A stretch of 64,000 bases of DNA from positions 214,479-278,478 of IMG/VR virus record IMGVR_UViG_3300021400_000025. One strand, written 5' to 3'. Numbering within the stretch: the stretch's first letter is position 1; the number at the start of each line of letters is the position of its first letter. The DNA is from a virus. Its lineage: Duplodnaviria > Heunggongvirae > Uroviricota > Caudoviricetes. Both the position numbers and the translations under genes were made by a program. Positions 1 to 12,061 of the stretch are shown one piece after another. The notes below the pieces were generated by a model, which saw nothing but the letters and a program-made list of their open reading frames with translations, was not told the origin of the DNA and made no database searches.

Positions 1-1
1 T

Positions 2-226
2 GTCCATTCAACCACGATCACCACAATCGGCGAGAATGGTCAGCTCATTGTCTGCAACCCAAGGGGATATGAACGCAGCATGGAGTGTGGGGACTGGAAC
101 CCAAACACATGCATAGACACAGACACATGGCAAATCACAACAAGCCCATTCTCCAACAAGAAGCTGGTGGACGCAAGAAAGAAGTACAATGAAGAGTTCA
201 TGAAATGGGCGCCGATGTTCCTATGA
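2..226 (+). CDS. Metallophosphoesterase, C-terminal fragment (5'-truncated by window)
   Basis: Frame 2 reads VHSTTITTIGENGQLIVCNPRGY...; (GH)xH followed by CNPRGY is typical of phage calcineurin-like phosphoesterases; TGA at 224-226. Confidence 0.6.
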   Translation, partial: VHSTTITTIGENGQLIVCNPRGYERSMECGDWNPNTCIDTDTWQITTSPFSNKKLVDARKKYNEEFMKWAPMFL

Positions 227-241
227 AAGAGAGATGACCAC

Positions 242-538
242 ATGAAGAAGAAACGTTGCGTACACTACCACTATGTCAGTGACTATTGCATGGAGACATG
301 CAGGAAGGATGGACTTCAGCACGAAAAGCTGGACTTTGACTGCAAGAACTGCCCTGACTTCAGGAGCCATTATTCTGGATTGAAGAAATGCCCATTTTGT
401 GGTGGAAGGGCGTATCTTGACTTGACCTACGATTTCAAGGACGAATGGGAGGTCTTCTGCCAGAAGTGCCTTGTTTCCATGAAGAAGCGGGGAGTCAAGA
501 AGGCAGTTGACGCTTGGAATTCTCGCAAGCCTCTTTGA
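242..538 (+). CDS. Lar-like restriction alleviation protein
   Basis: LKKCPFCGG...VFCQKC...AVDAWNSR motif. Confidence 0.65.
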   Translation: MKKKRCVHYHYVSDYCMETCRKDGLQHEKLDFDCKNCPDFRSHYSGLKKCPFCGGRAYLDLTYDFKDEWEVFCQKCLVSMKKRGVKKAVDAWNSRKPL

Positions 539-1148
539 TTATCTCATCGCAAGTCTTGTATGGATTTGCAAATGGCGAGAACTCCCCATAGTGGATTCCA
601 GCCTTGAACTTCCACCATTGATATCCCTCTTCATAGGTGTCGAAGGTCTCGTTGATGAAGCAGGTTCTGTTCTTGCTCATGTACTGGAAGCCTTCATTAA
701 CCAAACCATTTTCAGCTTCCGCCATTGTTGGATATGACTTGGAAAATGTGAACTTCCACTTGCCATTCTTGAGTTGATGACCATGCCGCTTCTCGCAGTT
801 CCAGGAATTTTGAATTGGAGAGCAAGGCCTGAGGTTCTGAATTCTGTTGTCCAATCTGTTACGATTCTTGTGATCTATGACCTCTCCCCAAGCAGGTATC
901 ATGTCGTTCAGATACGCAACGACTTGATGCAAGGGAACTCCAAAGCAAGAGACATAGCCATTCTTGTTGACCTTCCACCCAGACCAAGGAAGTTTCTCCC
1001 AGGTTCCGGAATCAACAAGGAATTCCACATTATCAGTCAAGGATTTCACAACGGCAAGGTTCCCAATGATGTGGAACTTGTTTTCAATCCCAGGCTCTTT
1101 AATCTATTGATAATTATCGCCAAAACGACGTATGAAGTTGTAGGTCAT
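495..1148 (-). CDS. HNH homing endonuclease (HNH_3 type), one in-frame TAG
   Basis: DHKNRNRLDNRIQNLR motif; ORF extends upstream through TAG at 1104-1106 to ATG at 1148. Confidence 0.8.
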
Positions 1149-1170
1149 ATATGGCAATTATACATATTAA

Positions 1171-1198
1171 AAAGACCACCAAGTTGATGGTGGTCTTT
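1171..1198. terminator. Probable bidirectional intrinsic terminator
   Basis: AAAGACCACC/GGTGGTCTTT inverted repeat with A/T flanks, between the LRR and HNH genes. Confidence 0.6.
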
Positions 1199-1224
1199 CT
1201 TGGGAATTGCAATGTACTTTTTGA

Positions 1225-2154
1225 TTATGATACAATCATCGGTCCATCAGTGCATGTTATCACACATCCGGTAGGGAGATTCCAACTGTAATATGTCATT
1301 GTCTGGACTTGGATAAGAGTCTTTCCAAGGAATCTCACTTTCGCCAGCCTAATGCAACCCTAGAACACAGAAGACCCGATGTCCACCACGCTGGATGATA
1401 TCGTCACATTCGTCAGTCCGTTGCAATAGGAGAACGCAGCAGTCCCAATGCTCTCAACGCCTTTGCCGATCGTCACGCTCGTAAGACCACTGCATTGGTA
1501 GAACGCATAATCCCTAATGTTCGTCACCGAGTCTGGTATCGTCACGCTCGTAAGTCCACTGCAACCCGAGAACGCAGAAGACCCGATGCTCGTCACGCCG
1601 TTCGGTATCGTAACTCTCGTAAGATCGTAGCAACGGTAGAACGCATGATCACTGATGTTCGTAACGCTGTTCGGTATCGTCACGCTTGTAAGACTGCTAC
1701 AACCAGAAAACGCATAAGACCCGATGGTCATCACGCTGTCTGATATCGTCAACTCCGTGAGTCTGCTGCAATCGTGGAACGTTATCTGACCGATGCTCGT
1801 CACGTCTGTGCCAATCTCAACTTTAACGATATCTGTTCTTTGATGTCCATCAAGGTTGTTGTCTATTATCTCATAAGTCAATTCACCATCTGATCCTACT
1901 TCTACAGTTGTATAGTCGTCATTAGACCAATATAGACGGGTTTGTGTATTGCCAGACGGTGGGTCTGGTTGAGGAGGTTCAGGGGCTGTGCTTATGAATG
2001 TCTTAATGTCAGACAGCTTCACCTTGTAGGACTTGTAGCCCATTCCATCCTGCTTGTTGACAATCAACCATTCGTCCCCTGTTGGATTCTGAACGGAATA
2101 CTTGAATTCAGATACTGCTTTCATGATGTCATCATCCTCCTTCTTTCCATTCAA
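1225..2154 (-). CDS. BspA-type leucine-rich repeat (LRR_5) protein, putative virion receptor-binding protein; TAG read-through
   Basis: Repeats VTIPxSVTxIGxxAFxGCxxLT; after TAG at 1360 it continues GCIRLAKVRFLGKT...GCVITCTDGPMIVS to TAA. Confidence 0.85.
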
Positions 2155-3197
2155 TCCACTATGATTGGATATGCGCTGAATACTGTCGCACCACTAATGC
2201 CGCTAAGACCACCCATTATTTTCAATTCGTCGTCTGTTCTGAGGTTGAATGCCAAGTTATTGTAAACTCCCTCACCATTAACATCATCACACAGCACTTT
2301 CTTCCCATTTATCTAAACAGTTTCATTTCCGAGATTTTGATAATTGACGTTAAAAAACTAATTACTACTATTTGCAATTATTAATCTTGTTGGAGAACTG
2401 GCTTTATACTAAAATGTATAATTTTGTCCATCTATTCTATGGTCTATTGCTCTTCCTGCATGTGTGAAACCACCGGTTGAAGTGGTATCGTTGTCTAGTC
2501 CAAAATCCCATTTGTCTGTTTTTGTGTCTATGAAGAACCTGGCCCCACTGATTATTGGGAGGATTCGTATAACAGATTGTGATGATGTTGATTCTGGGTT
2601 AGTCATTCCAATTTCAATTTTCTATCCTGCAGCGAGGAACAATATATAGCCGCCTGTTCCAGTTGCACTTCTAAATGGCCAGAGGTTGATGTCTTTGTCG
2701 TCTATTTTAAGATAAAACTATCTATTAGAGTGCCAGCTAGTTTGCATGTTAGTTGTCCAATAGCCATAGCCATTATTACCAGTATATCTTATCCAGACAA
2801 GACAGTCTTTGTTTACGGTCTTGGTAAAACTCTTGACTGCGCCATTATATGTTGTTTGTGGCTAATTATATTCATCATATATAACGACTTTTCCAACAAA
2901 CAAGTCCCAAAGGTAATTGGTGTCTGACTATTCCCAAGCCCTAACTTCTTGCTCTGTTGTCAAGACTTCTCCTTCTTCATCCGTGTCATATATCAACGGA
3001 CCGCCAATGTAGGATTTTGTGGGTGTACTTGTTCCAGATGACTTTGAATTGACATAATCTGCAAGTGCGCCCAACGTCATCTTCTTTGATGTATAGCTTC
3101 CATTGCTGTTCCTGGCTGATGTCATCAACAAGTCGCTGTCAGTAAGTTCTGACGCAGATGTTTCGTCAAGTTGATCTATTGTCATTATGTCGCTCAT
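2151..3197 (-). CDS. Putative tail fibre-associated protein (348 aa), several in-frame TAGs
   Basis: Fragments 2928-3197 and 2409-2606 join in frame across TAGs to TGA at 2151; paralogous to 4138-5133 (KTVxKxCLV, SGxRFFIDT). Confidence 0.65.
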
Positions 3198-3260
3198 TTC
3201 AGTTGTCCTCGGTTATGCAAATTTCTTTGATTTACCCAATCCATCAATAGGTGGTGAATT

Positions 3261-3821
3261 TTAAGGTTCCGTGCTAGTGTTGGACGATGAACCTATCAAA
3301 GGAGCAATATTGGCATAAGCATCATAAGTTGGCGTATTCACAGTTGTTGACCAACCAATATGTTCATGGTAAACATCAGTATAGGTAGTTGTGCCTTTTG
3401 CTGTCACTCTAATCCTTGTACCAGTTTTGAGGATAATTCCATTGCCATATGATGGACCGAATGTATCTATGGGGGTTTGACATCCTTCAACAAAGTCTGG
3501 CAGATACAATGATATTTGCGTGGCTGCGCCTGATGAAGAACTCGGTACAACAAGTGAATCTTGAGGCAGGGTGTATATGGTAGCGCTGTTATTTGCAGGG
3601 AATTTTACAGCATATGCGTGTTCAAAATCGAACAATGGAACTATTCCCATACTATTCCCCAAGAAGAATAAAGAATCGCGCAAAGATTGCTTGAAATCTT
3701 CAATACTTGCCTTTCTTGACCTATATCCTCCACTGGAAGTATCTTTCTCTCCAATATAGAGCAAGTCTTCGTCTTTAATCTGTTCTGCTGTTGGCAACTA
3801 TGAAACCTTTATGTTTCCCAT
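3261..3821 (-). CDS. Putative tail fibre-associated protein; TAG at codon 8
   Basis: ATG at 3821, MGNIKVS*LPTAEQIKDEDLLY; shares the N-terminal motif of its neighbours. Confidence 0.6.
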
Positions 3822-3855
3822 TTTACTTTACCTCTTTGTTTTTGTTTAACTGTAT

Positions 3856-4113
3856 TTACAAAACACATATGATGTGATCATCATCTTCCGTGATGATTGG
3901 TTGTTCATCTAACTGTGGTTCTTCATCATTTTCCGTGATGAGAAAATAAATCTGGTCTTGTCCTTGTTCTATGATATAGTTCCTCAATGTGGACAACCTC
4001 ATCATCCTCGATACATAAGTACCATCATTCTGTTTCTGGTTGACAAGGAACAGTTCATCGCCTGTCAATAATTCCTGCCTTGGAAACTGTGTTATGGATT
4101 TTCCTTCTTTCAT
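3856..4113 (-). CDS. Small structural protein with the shared N-terminal module
   Basis: KSITQFP...LTGDELFLVNQKQNDG, similar to the N-terminus of 1225-2154. Confidence 0.6.
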   Translation of the reverse strand: MKEGKSITQFPRQELLTGDELFLVNQKQNDGTYVSRMMRLSTLRNYIIEQGQDQIYFLITENDEEPQLDEQPIITEDDDHIICVL

Positions 4114-4137
4114 GTCCGTTGTTCCTCCAAATATTAG

Positions 4138-5133
4138 TTATCCTATTCCTGGGTTAACCAATGGATAGACATTATAAGAGTGAATTAATGATTTACCATA
4201 AGAAGTATCATACCGAACTGCCTTAAATACATCTCCTGGCATCAAGATAATTCTACTACATACGCAGGTCGAGCTATTGCTTTGATCAGGAGCATCATAA
4301 TGGATATACTTGCCGTTTAATGATATAAGTACATCGTCGTCTGAACTGGTGTTATGACCAGTTACACTATCTCGGAACCTTGAACAGAATAATATTGGAC
4401 AATCAAAATCGTTGGTGTAGGTGTATGTGTAGTTTGCGGCGTTTGTATCTCGCAAATCACTCATGTATCCATGTGGAAAATAAGAATCATCCTTATCGGT
4501 GTCAATAAAGAATCTACAACCAGATTTCAATGGGATTATTGATACTCTTCCTCCACCAATGTTGTCTGGAACATTGATTTTGATTGTCTAACCAGCTTTA
4601 AGATAAAGTTTTACACCATATTCAGGAACAAAAAAGTTTTGAAGACGCAATAGTTTATCATTTATGTACACGCTATAACTTCGTGATGAATTAGGATAGT
4701 CATATAAATCACCAGCACTGTAAGTTGCGTCATACGGTAGACAATTCCAATATTCTAACTCCACAAGGCAATTCTTTGAAACTGTCTTTTCAAGTGTTTT
4801 TACTGTAAAGGTGGTTGCTGGCGTTGCGCTTGATGTATACATATCCAAATCAAACAAAAGATTTCTTGAACTGTCCGCACAATATGCCTCGACATCTGCC
4901 TAATTGTAACACCTTCCATCGCCTTCTTCGTCAGAAAGGTCATATATCTCATATCCACCAAAACCAGGTTCGATAGGCTACATGCCATTTCTTACATAGT
5001 TGGCTATATTCGCCAAAGTCACCTTCTTGGACACATATGCAGATACACCGTTAGGAACAGACGCAAACAACAGGTCGTCGTCTTGAAGGTTTGTTGCTGG
5101 ATCAAGATTTTCTATTTTCTTTGGATTGATCAT
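4138..5133 (-). CDS. Putative tail fibre-associated protein (331 aa), in-frame TAGs
   Basis: ATG at 5133 (MINPKKIENLDPATNLQDDDLLF); joins 4588-4857 and 4138-4530 in frame via TAG. Confidence 0.65.
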
Positions 5134-5156
5134 TTCTTTGTCTCCGTTAAATTGGC

Positions 5157-5798
5157 TTAGTCTTCGTTGTAGTTCAGAATAATATTGTCTCCATATCCAC
5201 TTACGCCAATGTCATATTCATGTCCATTTTCAGTAACCACATATCTTGTCTCGTCAGTGTAGTCAAGTGGTTCCCCATCGTTTTCCCCACCACTCAATAC
5301 GATGTCATACACCCTGTCTTCTGTGATGACATACCTTTCTTCCTCTGATTCTGGTGGCTGATATTCGCTCAATGCCCTTATCTCAAATGGCTTATCTCCG
5401 ACCCACAATTTCGCTATTACAGGTCCGTCTGGATTTTCATTGTCCACCCTTATTGGACAAGCTGACAACTGCCTGTTTTGTCCAAGACCAGTGATGCCAA
5501 CGACGCCTGAATATCCATTTGAAATGTTGTTCTTGACGCTTATTTTGGATTCATCTATGTCGATCAAGTCTCCTGGCTGGGAGGGTATGGATTTCCCAGC
5601 CACCCAGTCTATCAACCTCAGGATGTCAGCCAAGTCTTCTGTGATGTTGGTGTTGGGTACAAACCAATTCTTCCAATCATCTGGGAGATTCGGCAAGTTC
5701 AAATCATCAATGTTGTGCCAAGTCAATCCCCCTTCAAAGGGATCGCCAGTAGCCCCCAAGACTGTTGCTTGACAATGCCTATGGTAATCTGCGCTCAT
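5157..5798 (-). CDS. Hypothetical structural protein
   Basis: Intact acidic ORF with GTAAATA late-type motif upstream (5839-5845). Confidence 0.6.
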   Translation of the reverse strand: MSADYHRHCQATVLGATGDPFEGGLTWHNIDDLNLPNLPDDWKNWFVPNTNITEDLADILRLIDWVAGKSIPSQPGDLIDIDESKISVKNNISNGYSGVVGITGLGQNRQLSACPIRVDNENPDGPVIAKLWVGDKPFEIRALSEYQPPESEEERYVITEDRVYDIVLSGGENDGEPLDYTDETRYVVTENGHEYDIGVSGYGDNIILNYNED

Positions 5799-5852
5799 CT
5801 GTGTTTTCCTCGGAAATTCCTGTTCTCCTGTGCGTACTTATTTACCATTTCC

Positions 5853-7025
5853 TCAACGATATCTTCCAACCACCTGAAGGGTGAACAAGTTGTTCCACGG
5901 AACGCCAATGTTGTATTTCTTCAAGGAGTTGAAATGGCAGTGGATTGGGAGGACGATGTCGAATCCAGCAGCCGTCTTGTTCAACAGCATTGGCATTGAG
6001 ACAACTGCGTCATATGTCGGCTCCTCCTTGCTCTGGATGTCTGTCTTGTCGTACCCAAAGACGAACTCGCCGTTTCCATATGTGTCGAAGAACACCATGT
6101 ACTCGTCGTTGATGAAGGGAACATCGAACTCCACCCTCTTGTGGAAGATGTTGGTTCCGTATCTGAGGTTGTTGAAGGAGGTGTATATTGCATGCTCAAC
6201 CCCACCATCCACGACCTTGCGTCCATTCACATTCACCGAGAACAGATCATCCTCCATGTATTTGCTTGAGAACACCGTCTAATCAGACTCGTCCCATATT
6301 GGGGATTTCTGGCGAAAATATCTTGAATCCAATATCTTCAACTCCTCAGGGTTGGCCTGGATGTCGAACGAGTACTGCAAATACAACCGCATCACCCCAT
6401 TGGACGATGTCTGCCGATCCAGCGTCTATGTGGATTCTTGGGTCTTCCACACCGACTTGTCCCCCAGTTGCCATCCTGTGGACAGATTGGAGATGTCCTT
6501 CTTCAGCAGATTCTTCCTTATGTCTGTCTGGTTCCCCACAAGACCATGCTCCTGCACAAGATGCTCTTGAAGAACTGTGGTGAAAACCTCAACAACGACC
6601 TTCCTCATTCCAATCAGATCTTGAAGCAGAAACGATGTGGGGTTCATCAACCTCCATCCTGACTTCGTGAAGTCTGGGATGCCATCCACCAAATCGTAGC
6701 TGGGGATCTTTCTGTTCTAGGAGTCCAGCGACAGAAGGATGAACGCAAATTCCCTTTTGTCCACCTCTGGGGCCACCTGTTCACTCTCCTGCTTGAACCA
6801 CAGCACGACATCCCCCTTGCTGTACGCCACATTCTAGTCCCACATGGTCAAACCAGAGCCTCGTCCATTCCCCACCTCGCTGGTCAGTTTGACCAACTGT
6901 CCACCAATCCAATCCACAAGGCGGTCAATCCCAGTTCTCGTCAAAGGTTCGTTCGGAGACAAGAATTGCGCCTTGTCGAACTCCGCCACAACCCCATCCA
7001 ATATCTTCTGGTTCGCTTCAGTCAT
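5853..7025 (-). CDS. Hypothetical structural protein (390 aa), in-frame TAGs
   Basis: Fragments 6834-7025, 6426-6692 and 5853-6275 share one frame and are separated by TAGs. Confidence 0.65.
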
Positions 7026-7456
7026 CGCCCATTCACCTCCATCTTCATGTCATGGTCTATGATGTCCTTCACCTCGTCCTCATAGTCCGTCTGGAATGTC
7101 CCAAACCCCAAGACCTTGTTGTTGTATATGCAGTAGAAGCATTGCCCATAGTCATCGTTGAATATCGGAACAGAGACTCCCTTGTAGGTTATCGTCTCAA
7201 CATAGTCCTCCTTGTCAAATCTCATCAATTCTGGATTCAGCTTGTTGAAGAAGTCCTGGAACTCCCCCAGACTGACGAACAATTCGCATTTGAGCCACCC
7301 ACATCTATCAGAGGAATACTCGCATGGATTGGAAATGTCGCTGCCCGACAAGTCATATGTGAATCGGTAGAATCCAGCAAGAAGATGCAGACCATCAACA
7401 TCAACATCCTTCTCAAGCCGATAGATTGTATAGAATATGCACTGGTTGTTTTCCAT
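7022..7456 (-). CDS. Hypothetical protein
   Basis: Intact 144-aa ORF with TATAAT upstream. Confidence 0.6.
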   Translation of the reverse strand: MENNQCIFYTIYRLEKDVDVDGLHLLAGFYRFTYDLSGSDISNPCEYSSDRCGWLKCELFVSLGEFQDFFNKLNPELMRFDKEDYVETITYKGVSVPIFNDDYGQCFYCIYNNKVLGFGTFQTDYEDEVKDIIDHDMKMEVNGR

Positions 7457-7489
7457 AACTCGCTATGACTCCATGATGCCTCAATTATA

Positions 7490-8626
7490 TCAATATGGTG
7501 TGTAGTCGTCCGTTCCCATTGGATTCTCAGCCTGAAGATCGTCTTCTGTGATCTCGTTGATTATCCCAGTGTCGTTCCAAGGACGAGTCTCTATTGGTTG
7601 ATAAGGAAGGCCCCATTGGTTGACGTAGTTCTGGCTTTGAATCAACTGCTTCATGTGGTCTGGCGTAATCTCAACCTCTTGATCGTAGAGCCTGTGCCGT
7701 GGATTCACATATGTCAACCCATCGCCATTTTCAGGGACATACCCAAATGGCTTGTTGGGGTCGGTGACAGGTTCAAGTTCCCCCGTCTCAGGGTTCCTCT
7801 GATAGTCCAGAATCCAGTCAATCATCTCATACTCCGGATATGGAATCTGCCCATTGTCCAATTTGCCCAGATAGTTCTCTATGGACATCTGATGCTGATC
7901 AATCTCTGATGGCTCTCCCAATTTCCCTGTGTTGTTCTTTGGGACATTGTCCTGGTCTGGCTCCAGATAAGGCACAGCATGGACTTCGGCCGAAATCTTC
8001 GTGATTGGCGCGATGAATGGATTGATTGCAGTCAGCTCGGCCTGTTCTGTTCCACCGAATATGTGCGTCTTGTAGGTGAACGTCAATTCCGCAGTGTGGA
8101 TTTCGTCAGCGTCCTTGGAAATGTCAGGCGATGACTCTATGCTCACGTCTGGGGACATCACAACCTATGACGAATACTTCACGTTGCTGTATTTGGGATG
8201 CCGTGAACTACAAAATACATCTGTATTGAAAAACGGAAGAATTTGCCCTAACATCATGTCAATATCAGACAACCAACGAGAAACCAAACATACTTTGTAG
8301 GTTATATCTAGAGGAACAGGGGTATACAAATTGAAATTTATTCTACCTTCCATTTCCTAGTTTTTTATCTCGTTATGTAGATTGGTTATTCTGCTCTACG
8401 CAATTTGAATTCCTGTTCGCTGCACGGTGATCAATGGCAATTCCAAGCCTGGTTTTTCCAAGTTCTTAAAAATCCTTGAACGATCAGCGATAACGCAAGG
8501 TACATTAATTGTCACAACAGTCTTGTTCTCCAGATCCTGGGAACGTGTGATCCTGAAATTCCGAAACAAGCCCGAAAACAATATATTTGCTGTGCGCAAC
8601 TCGTTGTTAAAATTTCTGATTTGCAT
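7490..8626 (-). CDS. T4 gp15-like tail terminator/sheath stabiliser (378 aa), three in-frame TAGs
   Basis: FSGLF..I.I.R...VP...LP...PVPLDITY...DMMLGQILPFFN pattern; three ORF fragments join in frame. Confidence 0.75.
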
Positions 8627-8646
8627 TACCGTTTCCTCGTTGAATG

Positions 8647-8677
8647 TATTTACTATTTTTATGTATAATTGTAAATA
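8647..8677. promoter_or_regulatory. Divergent late-type promoters (GTAAATA on both strands) with an overlapping TATAAT
   Basis: tatttac at 8647-8653 and gtaaata at 8671-8677 between divergent genes; resembles the T4 late promoter TATAAATA. Confidence 0.55.
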
Positions 8678-8743
8678 ATAAAGGTTGATTGAGACTGCCA
8701 TCCCAACCAACCTGAATCATTCAAGATATACGAGGTATCTCAA

Positions 8744-10051
8744 ATGACTAAAGAAATTATACAATATAGTAAAGAAGAACTCAGGCAATTATCCAATTTG
8801 GAATTGCTTGACCGAATCAATCAAGTTGATGTTGATGTTGTTCATCTCGCCCGCTATTTGAAGAGTCATTGTGGCGAATTATTTGAAGAATTGGTTTTTC
8901 GTACCAGGTTTCTTGACAACAATTATAAACATATTCCAATAATGGCAAGGTTATATTGTCTGAGAAACAACATTGTTGAACAACCCAAATGTCGTCTTCA
9001 AGGATGTGATAATAATGTTGAATGGGATTGTGGTGCACAATCTTTCAGAAAATACTGCTGTCATCAACATTTTCTTGATGACCCAACAGTGCAGGATAGA
9101 AGAGAGCAAACAATGCTTGAAAGATATGGTGTCAGAACTCCAATGGAATCAGAGGAATTCAAACAACATGCCAAAGAGGTTTGCATTCGTGAATTTGGTG
9201 TTGAAAATAATGGACAACGAGAAGATGTAAAGGAGAAAATCAAACAAACGAACATGAAGAGACACGGAGCAAAATCATTTGTGGAGAGCGATGAATTCAA
9301 AAAGAAGTCTCAACAAACTTGTCGGCGCAAATATCAGGTTGATCACATATTGCAAAGTACTGAATTTAGAAATAGAATACAGCAAATCTGCAAAGAAAGA
9401 TATGGTGAAAGAGTTCCATTTAGAGTAAAGGAAATCCAGGAAAAAGCAAAAACGACATATAGAAAACTATATGTTGACGACGAAAACGGAAAACAATCAG
9501 TTAATCAGAAGAGAAGAACCACCATACAAGCAAAGTATGGAGTGAATCATCAGATGGAATTGGATTCGGTGAAAGAACGAATAAGGGAGACAAACAATGA
9601 AAGATATGGGGTTGATTATTATTCACAAACAAATGAATTTCACAAGAAATGTCATAAGCGATACACCAATCCAAAGTACCCAGACATGTCATGGGCAGAT
9701 TCTTGGGAATTCAAGGTATATGACTTCTTGACAGAACATAACATTCCATTCGAGTATCAGATAGAACCAATTCCATATGAATATGATAATGGAATTCATT
9801 ATTATCATCCAGACTTCAGGGTGAATGGCAGAATCTACGAGGTCAAAGGCGACAACTTCTTTCGCATCAACGGGGAAACTGGCAAGGAGGAGATGTATAA
9901 AACTTGGAGAGATCCAAACATTTCAGACGAAGAATATGAATGGCAATGTGGCAAGGAAGAAGCCAAGCACCAGTGCATGATTGCCAATAATGTCAAAATA
10001 TTGAGGAAGAAAGAGATAGACAATCTCACTGTTGAATTGTTTCTATCCTAA
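8744..10051 (+). CDS. Putative homing endonuclease: (K/R)YGV helical repeats plus C-terminal PD-(D/E)XK domain
   Basis: Repeated TxxERYGV units; C-terminal DSWE...YHPDF...IYEVKG. Confidence 0.75.
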   Translation: MTKEIIQYSKEELRQLSNLELLDRINQVDVDVVHLARYLKSHCGELFEELVFRTRFLDNNYKHIPIMARLYCLRNNIVEQPKCRLQGCDNNVEWDCGAQSFRKYCCHQHFLDDPTVQDRREQTMLERYGVRTPMESEEFKQHAKEVCIREFGVENNGQREDVKEKIKQTNMKRHGAKSFVESDEFKKKSQQTCRRKYQVDHILQSTEFRNRIQQICKERYGERVPFRVKEIQEKAKTTYRKLYVDDENGKQSVNQKRRTTIQAKYGVNHQMELDSVKERIRETNNERYGVDYYSQTNEFHKKCHKRYTNPKYPDMSWADSWEFKVYDFLTEHNIPFEYQIEPIPYEYDNGIHYYHPDFRVNGRIYEVKGDNFFRINGETGKEEMYKTWRDPNISDEEYEWQCGKEEAKHQCMIANNVKILRKKEIDNLTVELFLS

Positions 10052-10093
10052 ATTTGGTAAATATACAATGTACCAAACAAGAGTGATGGAATT

Positions 10094-10831
10094 ATGGACA
10101 ATAAACTTACAGCAAAACACCTGATAACTGAATCTGATTTTCATGATTATGACATAGTGAGGGAATCTGGACGAGATGGCTCTACTATGTTGAAATTAGT
10201 CGGTCCAATGATAGTCTGCGAACGGATAAACAACAATTCGAGGAAATATCATCTTGATGAAATGATTGAAGAAGTTCGCAAATATCAGGATGTCATTAAG
10301 GCACATAGAGCATTGGGTGAACTGGAACATCCAGATGATATTGTCATCAATCCAGACAGAGTGTGTTGTAGACTTTTGAAACTTGAGCAAGACCCACATG
10401 ATGAATTGGTGTTCAATGGTGAGGCTGTGATAATGGGTGGAGACCCTGCGCATGGAATCAGTGGAACACCTTGTGGTCAGATAGTGCAATCTCTTATACA
10501 ATATGGTACGAAGATGGGGTTCTCAACACGAGGACTGGGAAATCCAGAAGAGGATGAAAATGGCGAGACCTATGTTGGAGAATTCTAGCTCATCTGTCTG
10601 GATTGCGTCTTGGACCCGAGCATCGGGAAGTTTGCTGATGCAAAGCAAGAATCCAAGGCTGTCCATGGCATTCTTGAAAATATCGAGTATCTTGTTGACT
10701 CGAACAGGCTTGTTGTTGAATCCAGAGTTGTTGATCAATTCAAAAAGGACTTGAAGGTTCTTCCGAACGATTCTGCCGAGAGGTTCATGAAGATGAAGGG
10801 AGCTGTTGACAGGTTCCTGCGAAGCATTTAA
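10094..10831 (+). CDS. T4 gp21-like prohead core protease; TAG read-through
   Basis: NxNSRKY, ALGELEHP, GTPCG, GFSTRGLG, then EF*LICLDCVLDPS; the conserved D-x-V-x-DPS motif lies after the TAG at 10586-10588. Confidence 0.9.
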
Positions 10832-10845
10832 TAAGGGTCTGAACA

Positions 10846-11295
10846 ATGATTGAATTGCACGTTGACAAACTTGTTGGTGGAAACATCGTGATAACAACTT
10901 CTTCATCTGGGGGAAGCGGTGGAAGTGAAATACCTACTGATTGGGATGGTATAAAATTGCGTGTAGAATTTTCTGATGGAAGTATAGAAGAATATAATGT
11001 ATCTTATCTGTCTCTTGATTAGCAACCACTCTCAGATTGGTATGATGAAAGTACATCACAATGGATAAGTCATCCTGTGAAGATGTTTCTTGGAACTCGC
11101 TTAAAAAATAATGGTCGATATTCGCTTGGAACTGGTACTCTTACTAGCTGCAACTCTATAACTGAAGTAACAACATTGGAAACAATATCATATTGGAATG
11201 AAAATTATAAGGTATATGACTTACTTGATGCTTTTCCTGAAGGAATAACAGTACATTGTACCGATGGAGATTTTACTTTGACATATCCAAGTTAA
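10846..11295 (+). CDS. Small protein with the LRR-family C-terminal cap (VHCTDG); TAG read-through
   Basis: ATG at 10846 in frame with 11077-11295 across a TAG at 11020. Confidence 0.55.
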
Positions 11296-11338
11296 AATCA
11301 AGGTTGGTCTTGTCAATCAAGAACCAACCTTTCGTTTT

Positions 11339-11605
11339 TCAAGGATTTGAGAATTCAACCTTCGCCCATATCTTTGAGCAATCGCATTCAACATTCTCCC
11401 ATTTGCTTGAAGGGAAATGCGTCTTCACCATGTCCTCAACCAGCTCTCTGCTTGCGCCATTGTTTTCATTCTTGTACTCAATCCTAAGAATCTCTGAGTC
11501 CCTGTTTTTCGCAGACTCCCAGATTGCCACACATGCCAACACAAGGAACAGCACAGCAAGTGCGCCACATGCGAATCCACCCCAGAAGCATCCGTCATCG
11601 CTCAT
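11339..11605 (-). CDS. Small membrane protein
   Basis: N-terminal hydrophobic helix. Confidence 0.5.
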   Translation of the reverse strand: MSDDGCFWGGFACGALAVLFLVLACVAIWESAKNRDSEILRIEYKNENNGASRELVEDMVKTHFPSSKWENVECDCSKIWAKVEFSNP

Positions 11606-11943
11606 TTTGATTTTCCTTTCTTCTCATTTTCTTCGTTGCCAACATCACAGCACATGATTGCGTCAAACGGCAGAAGTGCAGTGTCCAATACAACCTCCAA
11701 TGGGAAGTCCACAATCCAGAATGGATATACCATCTTGGTGTATGCGTCCATTGCCATCTCTGTCTTTCCGACAGGGGTTCTCCACCACACTCCAAGGCAA
11801 TTGCTCCAGCAATCAGCCGTTCCATTGTAGGGATAATCGTTCTCCCCACCCAGATGATACACGCTGGACAGGCATCCACACATCGTAATGGCAATCATCA
11901 TCACAGCAAGCAGTTTCTTCATTTTCATTTTACCCTCGTTCAT
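11602..11943 (-). CDS. YceK/YidQ-like lipoprotein
   Basis: Lipobox-like MCGC; PYNGT; IVDFPLEVVLDTALLPFD motif. Confidence 0.7.
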   Translation of the reverse strand: MNEGKMKMKKLLAVMMIAITMCGCLSSVYHLGGENDYPYNGTADCWSNCLGVWWRTPVGKTEMAMDAYTKMVYPFWIVDFPLEVVLDTALLPFDAIMCCDVGNEENEKKGKSK

Positions 11944-12061
11944 ATAGGCATTTCATGCAAGTATTCCAATCAACCACATCACCACCTTGACGAGACACCA
12001 AATCCAGGTCGTCTCAACTGCGATGAATGTGATTGCCCACAGGGGTCTCACAGCCAGATAG

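Noticed and set aside
1360-1810. LRR nucleotide repeats as a diversity-generating retroelement TR/VR pair
   Set aside because: The repeats follow the 23-aa LRR period; I saw no adenine-specific mismatch pair and no reverse transcriptase in the window
8678-8743. Third kissing-loop cassette upstream of the 8744-10051 nuclease
   Set aside because: It shares the TATAATTGTAAATA dual promoter and has a leader hairpin, but no partner hairpin with a complementary loop or adjacent tRNA was found
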